Source: an uncultured delta proteobacterium
Lineage (GTDB): Bacteria; Desulfobacterota; Binatia; HRBIN30; BPIQ01
Direction: 5' to 3'
Assembly (NCBI GenBank): GCA_963761335.1
Contig: CAVXGR010000012.1
Location: forward strand, 704,001 to 768,000
DNA length: 64,000 nt
Shown: positions 1 to 9,618 of the stretch, in pieces
Layout: every line of letters starts with the position of its first letter
Position numbering within the stretch: the stretch's first letter is position 1
The notes under the pieces: generated by a model
What the model was told of the DNA's origin: nothing
The model's input: only the letters and a program-made list of their open reading frames with translations
The model's database searches: none
Translations under genes and position numbers: made by a program

Positions 1-35
1 GATCGAGGCGAACGAGCCCGAGCCCGGGAGCGGCG

Positions 36-1160
36 ATGCGGCCTGACGGAATCATGCGGCTGCGCGGCATGCTGCGCAAAGAGGCGCTGCAGATCCTGCG
101 CGATCCCTCCAGCATCGCCATCGCCTTCGTGCTGCCGGTGCTCCTCCTGTTCATCTTCGGCTACGGCGTCTCCCTCGACGCCCGCAACGTTCCCGTGGGC
201 CTGGTGGTCGAGAGCCCGGACGCCCTGACGCAGAGCCTGGTCGCCGCCTTCGATCATTCGCCGTACTTCGCGCCCGTGCGGATGAGTGACGTGCAGCACG
301 CCGAGCGCGCCCTGGCGGAGCGGCGCATCGACGGCATCGTCTGGCTGCGCAGCAACTTCACGCGGCAGGCGCTCGCCGGCGGCAATGCCCCCATCGGCGT
401 CATCGTCAACGGCGTCGACGCCAACAACGCGCGCATCATCGAGGGATACGTCCAGGGCATCTGGGCCGACTGGCTGTCCCGGATCGCCGGCAGCCGAGGC
501 GACTCGCTCGCCATCCCGGTACAGGTCGAGCACCGCATCTGGTTCAACGCCGGCATGCGCAGCCGCGACTACCTCGTCCCCGGCCTGATCGCCGTGATCA
601 TGACGCTCATCGGCGCGCTGCTCACGGCCATGGTGATGGCGCGCGAGTGGGAGCGCGGCACCATGGAAGCCCTGATGGTCACCCCGGTGACCATCCGCGA
701 GATCCTGGTGAGCAAGCTGCTGCCGTACTTCGCACTCGGCATGGGCGGCATGAGCCTGTCGGTGGCGCTGGCCCACTGGCTCTTCGCCGTGCCGCTGCGG
801 GGCTCGCTGCTGGTTCTCATGGGCGCCTCGGCGCTCTTCCTGCTCGCCGCTCTCGGGATGGGCCTGCTCATCTCCACGGCCGCCAAGAACCAGTTCGTCG
901 CCGGCCAGGTCGCCATCGTGGCGACCTTCCTGCCCGCCTTCATCCTCTCGGGGTTCATCTTCGACGTCGGCAGCATGCCGAAGGCGGTGCAGATCATCAC
1001 GCGGGTGATCGCCGCCCGCTACTTCGTCAGCATTCTGCAGACCGTTTTCCTCGCGGGCAACGTCTGGCGGGTCATCCTGCCCAACGCCCTGGCGCTGCTG
1101 GTGATGGCCGTCCTCTTTCTGGCCCTGGCACGGCGGCTGGCGCGCAAGCGCCTCGAGTGA
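36..1160 (+). CDS. ABC-2 type transporter permease (YbhS-like)
   Basis: KEALQILRDP start, FGYGVSLD, GVDAN, REWERGTMEAL, LSGFIF motifs; hydrophobic C-terminal half. Confidence 0.92.
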   Translation: MRPDGIMRLRGMLRKEALQILRDPSSIAIAFVLPVLLLFIFGYGVSLDARNVPVGLVVESPDALTQSLVAAFDHSPYFAPVRMSDVQHAERALAERRIDGIVWLRSNFTRQALAGGNAPIGVIVNGVDANNARIIEGYVQGIWADWLSRIAGSRGDSLAIPVQVEHRIWFNAGMRSRDYLVPGLIAVIMTLIGALLTAMVMAREWERGTMEALMVTPVTIREILVSKLLPYFALGMGGMSLSVALAHWLFAVPLRGSLLVLMGASALFLLAALGMGLLISTAAKNQFVAGQVAIVATFLPAFILSGFIFDVGSMPKAVQIITRVIAARYFVSILQTVFLAGNVWRVILPNALALLVMAVLFLALARRLARKRLE

Positions 1161-1164
1161 GCCG

Positions 1165-2280
1165 ATGACCAGCCTGCTGCAGATCTACGGGCTCATCGTC
1201 AAGGAGCTGCTGGCGGTGATCAGGGACCGGCGCACCCGCTTCGTGCTCATCGGCCCACCCATCCTCCAGCTCCTCGTCTTCGGCTACGCCGCCACCTTCG
1301 ACCTCAACCACGTGCGCTTCGCCGTCTACAACGAAGACGCGTCGGCCCCGGCGCGCCAGCTGGTGGCGGGCTTCGCCGGCTCGCCCAGCTTCGAGCAGGT
1401 GGCGCAGCTCAGCCATTCGGGGGAGATTGCGCCCCTCATCGACACGCGCGAGGCCCTGATGGTGCTGCACATCGGCCCCACCTTCAGCCGCGACCTGCGG
1501 CGCGGCCGCGCAGCGGCCGTGCAGGTGATCATCGACGGGCGCAACTCGAACACCGCGCTCCTGGCTCTCGGCTATGCGCGCACGGTGGTGAACGACTTCA
1601 GTCGCCGTTGGCTGGAGGAGCACGGCGGCCGCCAGCCGCCGGCATTTCTCGCCGTGCGGGCCCGATACAACCCCAACCTCGAATCGCGATGGTTCATCGT
1701 CCCCGGCATCGTGGCGCTGCTGACCATGGTCGTCACCCTCCTGGTCACCGCCCTGTCGGTGGCGCGGGAGCGCGAGATGGGAACTCTCGATCAGCTGCTG
1801 GTCACACCCATGCGGCCACTCGAGATCCTCGTGGGGAAGACGGTCCCCGGGCTGGTCATCGGCTCCCTGGAAGCCGCCTTCATCATCGCCATGACGGTGC
1901 TGTGGTTCCGAATTCCCCTGCGCGGCTCGCTCCCCGCCCTGGGTCTCGGCCTGCTGCTCTACCTGCTTGCCGTCGTCGGCATCGGCCTGATGATCTCCTC
2001 GCTGGCGTTGACCCAGCAGCAGGCGCTGCTCGGCACCTTCCTGTTTCTGGTGCCGGCCGTGGTCCTCTCCGGCTTCGCCACGCCGATCCTCAACATGCCG
2101 CCGGCGGTGCAGGCGATCACCTACCTCAATCCGATGCGCTATTTCCTCGTCGTCGTCCGCAGCGTATTCCTCGAGGGCGGCGCCGCGAAGCTGCTCGTCT
2201 CTCAGTACTGGCCGATGGCCCTGATGGGAGTCGGCACCCTGGCGATCGCCGCCTGGCTGCTGCGCCGGCGGATGTACTGA
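1165..2280 (+). CDS. ABC-2 type transporter permease (YbhR-like)
   Basis: FGYAATFD, IDGRNSN, AREREMGTLDQLLVTP, LSGFATPI, NPMRYF; 4 nt after the upstream permease. Confidence 0.92.
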   Translation: MTSLLQIYGLIVKELLAVIRDRRTRFVLIGPPILQLLVFGYAATFDLNHVRFAVYNEDASAPARQLVAGFAGSPSFEQVAQLSHSGEIAPLIDTREALMVLHIGPTFSRDLRRGRAAAVQVIIDGRNSNTALLALGYARTVVNDFSRRWLEEHGGRQPPAFLAVRARYNPNLESRWFIVPGIVALLTMVVTLLVTALSVAREREMGTLDQLLVTPMRPLEILVGKTVPGLVIGSLEAAFIIAMTVLWFRIPLRGSLPALGLGLLLYLLAVVGIGLMISSLALTQQQALLGTFLFLVPAVVLSGFATPILNMPPAVQAITYLNPMRYFLVVVRSVFLEGGAAKLLVSQYWPMALMGVGTLAIAAWLLRRRMY

Positions 2281-2327
2281 CGGGTCAAGAATGCCTCTGC
2301 CCAGCGGGATGTCCGTTGGCTGCGGGC

Positions 2328-2411
2328 AGGTTGTTGGTTGCTACGCTGTTAGGTTGTTGGGTCAGTTCACCCCTTCTTACAACAACCAACAACGCAACAA
2401 CCTAACAACCT
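2328..2411. repeat. Imperfect inverted repeat built from GGTTGTT / AACAACC units
   Basis: AGGTTGTTGGTTGCTACGCTGTTAGGTTGTTG pairs with ACAACAACCAACAACGCAACAACCTAACAACCT; lies between convergent genes. Confidence 0.8.
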
Positions 2412-2453
2412 TCGGCGGGGCCACCGTCCGTTCGACTCCTTGGGCAAAGCCGG

Positions 2454-3518
2454 TCAAGAATGCCCCCGGTAGAGGCCGCGGCCGGTGATCAGCGGCAGAT
2501 CCAGCGCCGACAGCAGACCGGCGGCGGCCTGGCACACGGCCGGGATGGCGTTCACCAGCCGGGTGGCGGTGAGCACCACGCCGCCGACGGCGTGATCGCC
2601 GTGCTCGTCCTCGAACTCCAGCTCGCAGCTCATTTTGGGGAAGCCCTTGATGATGACCCGGTAGCTGCCGTTGCCGACCGGCCATTCGGGGGCGAGGTCG
2701 TCGTCGATGCGGGTGACGTGCTCGACGACGATTGCCGGACGTCCGCCGACGATCCCCTGCACCTCGAAGCGCAGCGCCGCCATGGTCCCCGGCTCGACGG
2801 TGTGCTCGCCGATGCGAATCGGCTTCACCGCCGGGCGCTTCTCGTACGTCGAGCCGACGGACTCGAGCTCGACACCAAGGCCTTCGGCGAGCAGGTGCAC
2901 GGTGCCCCCCCAGGCGAACTCCAGGGTACCGGGGGTCAGCAGCAACGGCGTCTCCTCGAGCGGCTTGCCGAAGCCCATGGTCTCGAAGAGCACCTGCGGC
3001 TGATCGTAGGTGGCGTAGTTGATGATCTCGAGGACGCGCACCTCCTCCCAAGTGCCGCACAGGCCGCTCAGCGTCAGGGGCAGAAGGTCGTTGGCAAACC
3101 CCGGATCGATCCCCGAGGTGAAGCAGGACGTGCCGCCGGCGCGGCAGGCGGCCTCGAGCTGATCGCGCAGCTCGGGGACGAAGGAGCGCGGATGCACCAG
3201 CGGCACGATGGAGCTGGACACCACGTTCTTCCCCGAGGCGAGGATGCGGCAGATGTCCTGCGCCGCCTCGAAGGGGCGCAGATCGGCGGTGGCGGTGTAG
3301 CAGACGCAGTCCGCCTGCAGAGCCAGAATGGCCTCTACGTCGTTCGACGCCCTGACGCCGACGGGCCCGAGGCCACAGAGGTCGCCGGCATCTCTGCCCG
3401 ACTTGGCGGCGCTGTGCACGCACACCCCGACCAGCTCCGTCTGCGGGTGCTCGATGAGGCAGCGAAGCGCAAAGGTGCCGACGTTTCCCGTGCCCCACTG
3501 GATGACGCGATAGCCCAT
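2454..3518 (-). CDS. NAD(P)-dependent oxidoreductase, dihydrodipicolinate reductase-like / amine dehydrogenase family
   Basis: N-terminal Rossmann VIQWGTGNVG, GRDAGDLCG, TSGIDPGF, C-terminal NAIPAVC. Confidence 0.8.
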   Translation of the reverse strand: MGYRVIQWGTGNVGTFALRCLIEHPQTELVGVCVHSAAKSGRDAGDLCGLGPVGVRASNDVEAILALQADCVCYTATADLRPFEAAQDICRILASGKNVVSSSIVPLVHPRSFVPELRDQLEAACRAGGTSCFTSGIDPGFANDLLPLTLSGLCGTWEEVRVLEIINYATYDQPQVLFETMGFGKPLEETPLLLTPGTLEFAWGGTVHLLAEGLGVELESVGSTYEKRPAVKPIRIGEHTVEPGTMAALRFEVQGIVGGRPAIVVEHVTRIDDDLAPEWPVGNGSYRVIIKGFPKMSCELEFEDEHGDHAVGGVVLTATRLVNAIPAVCQAAAGLLSALDLPLITGRGLYRGHS

Positions 3519-3616
3519 TGATTCTCCTTCCGGCCGGCGAAGCTCTCACATCGCCCGCCAGCGGATCAAGCTGGGCGCGGTCAAGACCCCCCGGCGGCAT
3601 TTCCGCTCCGGACAAA

Positions 3617-3666
3617 GTAGAAGCGCCGTCCCGGCGCTTCCCGAAGCGGCGAGACGCCGCTTCTAC
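3617..3666. repeat. GTAG-type REP palindrome, copy 1
   Basis: GTAGAAGCGCCGTCCCGGCGCTTC-CC-GAAGCGGCGAGACGCCGCTTCTAC; further copies at 12349, 18034, 54244. Confidence 0.85.
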
Positions 3667-3828
3667 CGGCCCCGGCACCTCCCCACTCACGGCACCCGCA
3701 CTCGCCATCCCACTCATTAGCAAGGCTCAATGTGAGCCGATGCAGAGATGAGAATGTCGATTGCCACGGGTGGGAAAGGCTCGAGGGCCGCGGCGAAAAC
3801 GCGGCGCGGAAGGGCGGGGGCAAGATTG

Positions 3829-3844
3829 CGGCATTCGGCTTGCT
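3829..3844 (+). promoter_or_regulatory. Candidate sigma54 (-24/-12) promoter of the multiheme cytochrome gene
   Basis: CGGCATTCGGCTTGCT has GG-N10-GC spacing and resembles TGGCAC-N5-TTGC; about 90 nt upstream of ATG 3936. Confidence 0.45.
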
Positions 3845-3935
3845 CAACGACAGTCCGACGCCCGATCCCGGGCAGGATGATTGTGGTGGATTGCAGGCCG
3901 GCAGGGTCTCACGGACGCTGCCAGGAGGAAGAAAG

Positions 3936-6584
3936 ATGCGTAAGAGCGCCGTCTTCTACCCAGTGATCGTAGCCGCGTGTCTCGGCTTGGCATTCGCGAT
4001 GGGGGGGTGCAGCGGCAGTGACGGCGCCCCCGGGCAGAAGGGAGACCCGGGGGCCAAGGGCGATCCGGGCGATCCGGGAGCGCCGGGAGTGACCACCGCG
4101 GCCTTGCAGGGCACGGTGACCAACAGCCTCACCGGCAACGGCGTTGCCGGCGCCACCATCAGCCTCGATCCCGCCGTCGCCGACACCAGCATCGTCACCG
4201 CCGACGATGGGAGCTACTCGGCGCAGCTGCCGTTCGGCGTCTATGCCGTGACCGTCGAGGCCCCCAACTACACGACACAGACGAACAGCGTCAGCCTGAT
4301 CGCCGGCGGGGCGGCGACCAAGGACGTCGTCCTCGAGCCCGTCGCCCCGGTGGTGATCACCACCAAGGTGGACGGAAGTCCCATCCCCGGGAACAAGCTC
4401 ACCGCCTCGGCGACCGTCGCGGTGATGGACGGCTCGCAGCTGAACAGCGTCACCTGGAGTCAGAAGAGCGGCGCCGCGGCCGATCTCACGCCCGCCGGCA
4501 ACAATGCCGTGGACGTCGTCCTGCCGGAAGTCACCGCCTTCAAGGATCATTTCTTCGACATCGTCGCCAACGAGCGCCATGCGCTTCTCGACCGCAACAC
4601 GGTCGTGGGCGTCACCCCGTTCGACTACGACGAAGCCAGTGCCGTCGCCTTGGAAGTGACCGTGGTCACCTCCAAGGGGACCTACACCAGCGACGCCGAG
4701 GTCGCGGCCGAGCTTCCCTTCAACTGGCAGGGAGGCATTCGCCGGATACCGATCGGCGTCGCCATCCTCCTGCACGGCAAGAGCAAGGCGGACGGCAGCT
4801 CCTACCAGTGGACCGTGACACCACCGGCCGCCTCCGCGATCACCGGCCTCATGGACGCCGACACGCAGAATCCCTACTTCACGCCGGACGTCGCCGGAAA
4901 GTACGTGGTGAGCGAGTCGGAGATCGGCGCCAGCCTGGAGCTCTACGCCGGCTCCTGGGTGGGGGCGCTGGACTCGCAGGGACAGCCCAACACCGTGTGC
5001 ACCGCCTGCCACGACGGCGACCTCGCCCCGGACAAGTTCACTCCGTGGATCAAGTCCGGGCACGCGGAGATCTTCAAGCAGAACCTCAACGACGGCGGCC
5101 ACTACAGCTCGGCGTGCTTTTCCTGCCACACCGTCGGCTACAACCTCGCGGTCTCCAACAACGGCGTCGACGACCAGCCGGATTACCCGGCGTTCCTCGA
5201 CCACTTCTTCCCCGGCGGCCACTCGCCGATGACCAACCCGAACAACTGGAACACCGTGCTCACCGACTATCCGACGGTAGCGCACCTGGCGAACGTCCAG
5301 TGTGAGAACTGCCACGGGCCGATCGACGGCGCCGAGCATCGCAATGTGATGCCGCTGGCCGGGCGCAGCGTCTCCTCCGACGTCTGCGGCGTCTGCCATG
5401 GCGAGCCGACGCGCCACGGCCGCTTCCAGCAGTGGCAGGAGAGCCTCCACGCCGACTACACGCTGGCCGAGGAGGAGGCGACCGTCGAGAACCGCGGCGC
5501 CACCGCCGCACACTGCGGCCGCTGCCATGCCGCACAGGGCTTCCTCGCCTGGATCGATCAGGGCGATCTGACCAAACAGATTCAGGGGGCCAGCGGCAAC
5601 GCCACGGTGGCCGAGCTGACCGCCCTCGGCTTGACGGTCGACACGGTTCATCCGCAGACGTGCGTGGTCTGCCACGATCCGCACGCCCAGGGCACCACCT
5701 CGGGAGAGCCGAACACGGCGACGGTGCGCATCAGCGGCGACACCCCGATGCTGCCGGCCGGCTTCGCCGCCACCGGCGTCGGTCGGGGCGCCATCTGCAT
5801 CACCTGTCACAACACCCGCAACGGCGCTCACAACGACCAGGTCGGTCTGCCGAGCAACTACTCGGCACCGCACACCCCGGCGCAGGGCGACGTGCTCATG
5901 GGGCAGAACGCCTACTTCGTCACCATCGGCGACCGCTCCCCGCACTCGTTCATCGAGGACACCTGCGCCACCTGCCACATGGAGCTGACGCCGCCGCCGC
6001 CGGAGTTCAGCCTCAGCGGCGCCGGCACCAACCACTCTTTCACCGCCAGCATCACCATCTGCGGCCAGTGCCACGGCGTCTTCGATGGCGGCACCCTGCA
6101 GGCGACCGTCGAAGGCGAGCTGGAGGATCTGGGCGCATCGATGGGCGGCTACCTGCAGGCGCGCATCGACGGCGCCGGCACCATCGTTCTCAGCGACTAC
6201 ACGCCGCACGATTACAACGGCGCCGCCTACGACCTGAAGAGCGCCGCAGTGACGGTGGAAGCCAGCAACATCACCTCGCTGTCGCCCACCGAGCCCCACG
6301 GCCAGCAGGGCTACATCGTCAACTTCGCCACCCCGGTGGATTTCACTTACAGCCCCGCGGGCGAGACGCCGCACACGGTCTCGTTGATGCAGGCCCAGGT
6401 TCAGCTCGGCGACTTCGCGATGGCGGACGGCACCACCAAGATCATCGCCGCCGGCGACCCGCTGGTGCGGGCCGGGTGGAACTACTTCCTGATCCACGGC
6501 GACGCCAGCAAGGGCATCCACAACCCGAGCTTCACGCAGGCGGTGCTCAACGCTTCGCAAGCCGCGCTGCAATCGACGCCGTAG
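3936..6584 (+). CDS. Nonaheme c-type cytochrome lipoprotein with collagen-like linker and Ig-like/carboxypeptidase-regulatory-like domain
   Basis: RBS AGGAGG before ATG 3936; lipobox-like AMGGC; GAPGQKGDPGAKGDPGDPGAPG; 9 CxxCH motifs (CTACH, CFSCH, CENCH, CGVCH, CGRCH, CVVCH, CITCH, CATCH, CGQCH). Confidence 0.92.
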   Translation: MRKSAVFYPVIVAACLGLAFAMGGCSGSDGAPGQKGDPGAKGDPGDPGAPGVTTAALQGTVTNSLTGNGVAGATISLDPAVADTSIVTADDGSYSAQLPFGVYAVTVEAPNYTTQTNSVSLIAGGAATKDVVLEPVAPVVITTKVDGSPIPGNKLTASATVAVMDGSQLNSVTWSQKSGAAADLTPAGNNAVDVVLPEVTAFKDHFFDIVANERHALLDRNTVVGVTPFDYDEASAVALEVTVVTSKGTYTSDAEVAAELPFNWQGGIRRIPIGVAILLHGKSKADGSSYQWTVTPPAASAITGLMDADTQNPYFTPDVAGKYVVSESEIGASLELYAGSWVGALDSQGQPNTVCTACHDGDLAPDKFTPWIKSGHAEIFKQNLNDGGHYSSACFSCHTVGYNLAVSNNGVDDQPDYPAFLDHFFPGGHSPMTNPNNWNTVLTDYPTVAHLANVQCENCHGPIDGAEHRNVMPLAGRSVSSDVCGVCHGEPTRHGRFQQWQESLHADYTLAEEEATVENRGATAAHCGRCHAAQGFLAWIDQGDLTKQIQGASGNATVAELTALGLTVDTVHPQTCVVCHDPHAQGTTSGEPNTATVRISGDTPMLPAGFAATGVGRGAICITCHNTRNGAHNDQVGLPSNYSAPHTPAQGDVLMGQNAYFVTIGDRSPHSFIEDTCATCHMELTPPPPEFSLSGAGTNHSFTASITICGQCHGVFDGGTLQATVEGELEDLGASMGGYLQARIDGAGTIVLSDYTPHDYNGAAYDLKSAAVTVEASNITSLSPTEPHGQQGYIVNFATPVDFTYSPAGETPHTVSLMQAQVQLGDFAMADGTTKIIAAGDPLVRAGWNYFLIHGDASKGIHNPSFTQAVLNASQAALQSTP

Positions 6585-6609
6585 TCCGACGGCATCGCAG
6601 CTCCCCCGG

Positions 6610-6647
6610 GGGGCGGGCGCTGAGAGCAGCGCCCGCCCCTTTTTTTT
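6610..6647 (+). terminator. Rho-independent terminator
   Basis: GGGGCGGGCGCTG-AGAG-CAGCGCCCGCCCC followed by a T run, just after the cytochrome stop. Confidence 0.85.
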
Positions 6648-6705
6648 CGTGCTCGTGCTCGTGCTCGCGGGTTACCCGCAACGCCGCGGCGGGCCCCGCC
6701 CCCCC
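6648..6705 (+). repeat. Hexamer-ladder (GTGCTC) repeat element, partial copy
   Basis: (GTGCTC)3 then GCGGGTTACCCGCA core shared with elements near 9178 and 9619. Confidence 0.65.
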
Positions 6706-6768
6706 GACGGGACGGCGGGCTTCGCTTCGCTGGAATTGTGGTCGTGGATGCGCAACAGATGGCTGTGG

Positions 6769-9168
6769 ATGTCCACCGAACGGAGACCGGTGCCGCTCCT
6801 GCCGCTGGGGAGAACAGTGGCCCTGGTGGTTTCGATCTTCGTGGCCATCGTCGTCAGCCTGCTGGTGCTCAACAACACCCGCAGCGAGATTCTCTCCGGC
6901 GTGCGCGCCTACGTGAACGGCGAGGGCCTGTACTCCAAGGCGCAGAAGGACGCCGTGAACTACCTGGTGCGCTATGCCCATTCGCATGCGGAGAGCGACT
7001 ACCGGAAGTTCCACAACGCCCTCGCCGTGCCCATCGGCGACCGCGTCGCCCGGCTCGAGCTCGAGAAGCGGAAACCGGACATGGCGCGGGTCTACCAGGG
7101 TTTCGTGGCGGCGCGGAATCACCCCGACGACGTCGACAACATGGCGAAGCTGTTCCGGCGCTTCCGGCACGTGACGTACATGGCGCGCGCCATCGATATC
7201 TGGTCGCAAGGCGACGCCCTGATCATGAATCTGGGTCACCTCGGCGAGGAGCTGCACGCCGAGATCGCCGCCGGAGGAGTCGAGCCGCAACGGATCGACG
7301 CCATCCTCGGGCAGGTGGAGGAGCTGAACGAGGAGCTCACCGTGCTCGAGGACGACTTCTCCCGGACCCTGGGAGAAGGGAACCGCTGGCTCGAGCGCCG
7401 CTCGCTCCAGTTCACCTACGCCGCCACCGCCCTGCTGCTGATGGCGGGAGTCTTTCTCTCCTGGCAGATCCTGCGTCAGGCCCGTGCCGTCGAGGAGACG
7501 CAGCGCAGCGCCGAGAGGCAGGCGGCCGCCCGCGCCCGACAGCACGAGGCCACCGCCCGCCTCGGCGCCACGGCGCTGCGCGGCGGCGACCTGCAGGCGC
7601 TGATGGCCGAGGCGGCGGATCGCGTCAGCAGCACTCTCGGAACCGACTTCTCCGAGGTGCTCGAGCTCGTCGATCGCCGCGAGCTGCTGCTGCGCACCGC
7701 GAGCGGGCCGCGCCCCGGCGATGCCGCGGAGACTCGCCTTGCCGTCGAGGAGAGCTCGGCGTCCTACAGCTCGCAGGCGGCCTACACCCTCGCCGCGACG
7801 GCACCGGTCATCGTCCCCGATCTGCGCGCCGAGACGCGATTCTCGGACGCGCGCCTGCTGCGCGAGCGCGGCGTGACCAGCGGCATCAGCGCCCTCATCG
7901 CCGGCGACAGCGAACGGCCCTACGGCGTCATCGCCAGCTACGCCACCTCGCCACGGACCTTCACCGAGGACGAGGCGAGCTTCCTCGACACCGTGGCCAA
8001 CGTCCTGGCGATGGCGATCCAGCGCCAGAGAGCCGACCGGGCCCTCCAGGAGGCGGGGCGCCAGAAGGACCAGTTCCTGGCGATGCTGGCGCACGAGCTG
8101 CGCAACCCGCTGACGCCGATTCGCGGCGCCGTACACATCTTGCGCAGCGTCGGCCCGGAGGAGCCGCGCGCCGAGAAGGCGCGCGACATGATCGAACGGC
8201 AGGTGGCGCACATGACGCGGCTGGTCGACGACCTGCTCGACGTCTCGCGGATCGCCCGCGGCAAGATCTCCCTGCGCTACGAGGTCCTCGATTTGTCACG
8301 CCTCGCCCGTCTGGCGGCCGAGGACTACGAGCCAGCCGTGGAATCGGCAGGCCTGACGCTGACGGCGGAGGTGCCGGCGGATCCCCTGTGGGTGCGCGGT
8401 GACCCGACGCGTCTGTCGCAGGCGATCGGCAACCTCCTGCACAATGCGGCGAAGTTCACCAGCCCGGGCGGCCACATCACTCTCCGCCTGACGGCCGAAG
8501 ACGGCGGTGGCAGGGCGCTCCTGCAGGTGCGCGATACCGGCATCGGCATGGCGCCCGAGGTCTTGAAGCGGGTCTTCGAGCCCTTCAGTCAGGCCGACGA
8601 CAGTCTCGACCGCGGCCGCGGCGGGCTCGGTCTCGGCCTGGCACTGGCGAAGGGCCTGCTCGAGCTGCACGGCGGCAGCGCCGAAGCGGCCAGCGAGGGG
8701 CTCGGCAAGGGATCCGAGATCCGCCTGTGGCTGCCGCTCACCGCCGCGCCACCCCAGCCACCCGAGACGCTTCACGAGCCCCTGGCGCCGAGCCAACCCC
8801 GCCGCGTGCTGCTGATCGAGGACAATCTCGCCGTCGCCGAGACCCTCAAGCTGGTGCTCGAGCTGGAAGGCCACCGTTTGACCCTGGCGGACAACGGCGC
8901 CAGCGCCCTCGAGGCGGCTCGCCAGTTTCGCCCCCAGGTGGTGGTCTGCGACATCGGGCTCCCGGGCGACATGGACGGCTTCGCCGTCGCCGCGGCCATT
9001 CGCGCCGACCCCGCGCTGCGCCACTCGTACCTGATCGCCCTCTCCGGCTACGGCAAGGAGGAGGACCGCCGTCGCGCCCACGAGGCGGGTTTCGACGTGC
9101 ATCTGGTCAAGCCCGTCGACCCCTTCGTGCTCATCAAGCTGCTGGTCGAGGGCGGCACATCGGGGTGA
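6769..9168 (+). CDS. Membrane-bound hybrid sensor histidine kinase (periplasmic sensor, GAF, HisKA, HATPase, REC)
   Basis: Two TM segments; FLAMLAHELRNPL H-box, NLLHNAAKF, DTGIG, GGLGLGL, receiver LIEDN...DIGLP...KP; start uncertain (6748 or 6769). Confidence 0.92.
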   Translation: MSTERRPVPLLPLGRTVALVVSIFVAIVVSLLVLNNTRSEILSGVRAYVNGEGLYSKAQKDAVNYLVRYAHSHAESDYRKFHNALAVPIGDRVARLELEKRKPDMARVYQGFVAARNHPDDVDNMAKLFRRFRHVTYMARAIDIWSQGDALIMNLGHLGEELHAEIAAGGVEPQRIDAILGQVEELNEELTVLEDDFSRTLGEGNRWLERRSLQFTYAATALLLMAGVFLSWQILRQARAVEETQRSAERQAAARARQHEATARLGATALRGGDLQALMAEAADRVSSTLGTDFSEVLELVDRRELLLRTASGPRPGDAAETRLAVEESSASYSSQAAYTLAATAPVIVPDLRAETRFSDARLLRERGVTSGISALIAGDSERPYGVIASYATSPRTFTEDEASFLDTVANVLAMAIQRQRADRALQEAGRQKDQFLAMLAHELRNPLTPIRGAVHILRSVGPEEPRAEKARDMIERQVAHMTRLVDDLLDVSRIARGKISLRYEVLDLSRLARLAAEDYEPAVESAGLTLTAEVPADPLWVRGDPTRLSQAIGNLLHNAAKFTSPGGHITLRLTAEDGGGRALLQVRDTGIGMAPEVLKRVFEPFSQADDSLDRGRGGLGLGLALAKGLLELHGGSAEAASEGLGKGSEIRLWLPLTAAPPQPPETLHEPLAPSQPRRVLLIEDNLAVAETLKLVLELEGHRLTLADNGASALEAARQFRPQVVVCDIGLPGDMDGFAVAAAIRADPALRHSYLIALSGYGKEEDRRRAHEAGFDVHLVKPVDPFVLIKLLVEGGTSG

Positions 9169-9177
9169 ACCGCTTTC

Positions 9178-9309
9178 CTGCTCGTGCTCGTAATCGTCCT
9201 CGTAATCGTCCTCGCGGGTTACCCCGCAGCGGCACGGCGGCCCCCACCCCTCGACCCCCTTCGAGTACGATTACGAGTACGAGCACCGCTTCGCTGAGCA
9301 CGAGCACGA
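9178..9309. repeat. Hexamer-ladder hairpin element (GTGCTC/GTAATC versus GAGTAC/GATTAC/GAGCAC)
   Basis: GTGCTCGTAATCGTCCTCG pairs with CGAGTACGATTACGAGTACGAGCAC. Confidence 0.75.
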
Positions 9310-9354
9310 CTCCCCCGCCACCCCTCCGAAGAGGCAGCACGCCTCCTACTGTTC

Positions 9355-9607
9355 GGTGGTGTCTCAGTTTGATTCCTTGTCCGCAACCTGCGCCGCGTTT
9401 TCCACTCGCTGCGTGTATGGTTCCCTCTCCCGCATTGCCTGCGGGAGAGGGTCAGGGTGAGGGCGCCGATCTCTTTGAACGGCGCGAACGTGCGCAACCC
9501 TTCAGGGAAAAAGGGACCCCTCACCCTGCCCTCTCCCCGCGGAAATGCGGGGAGAGGGAACCTGCCGCTCGCCGCGCATGGCAGGCGAATCAAACTGAGA
9601 CACCACC
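9355..9607. mobile_element. MITE with 21-bp perfect TIR and 8-bp TSD (IS256-like ends) enclosing CCCTCTCCC hairpin cargo
   Basis: GGTGGTGTCTCAGTTTGATTC (9355-9375) / GAATCAAACTGAGACACCACC (9587-9607); direct repeat TACTGTTC at 9347-9354 and 9608-9615. Confidence 0.85.
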
Positions 9608-9618
9608 TACTGTTCTTT

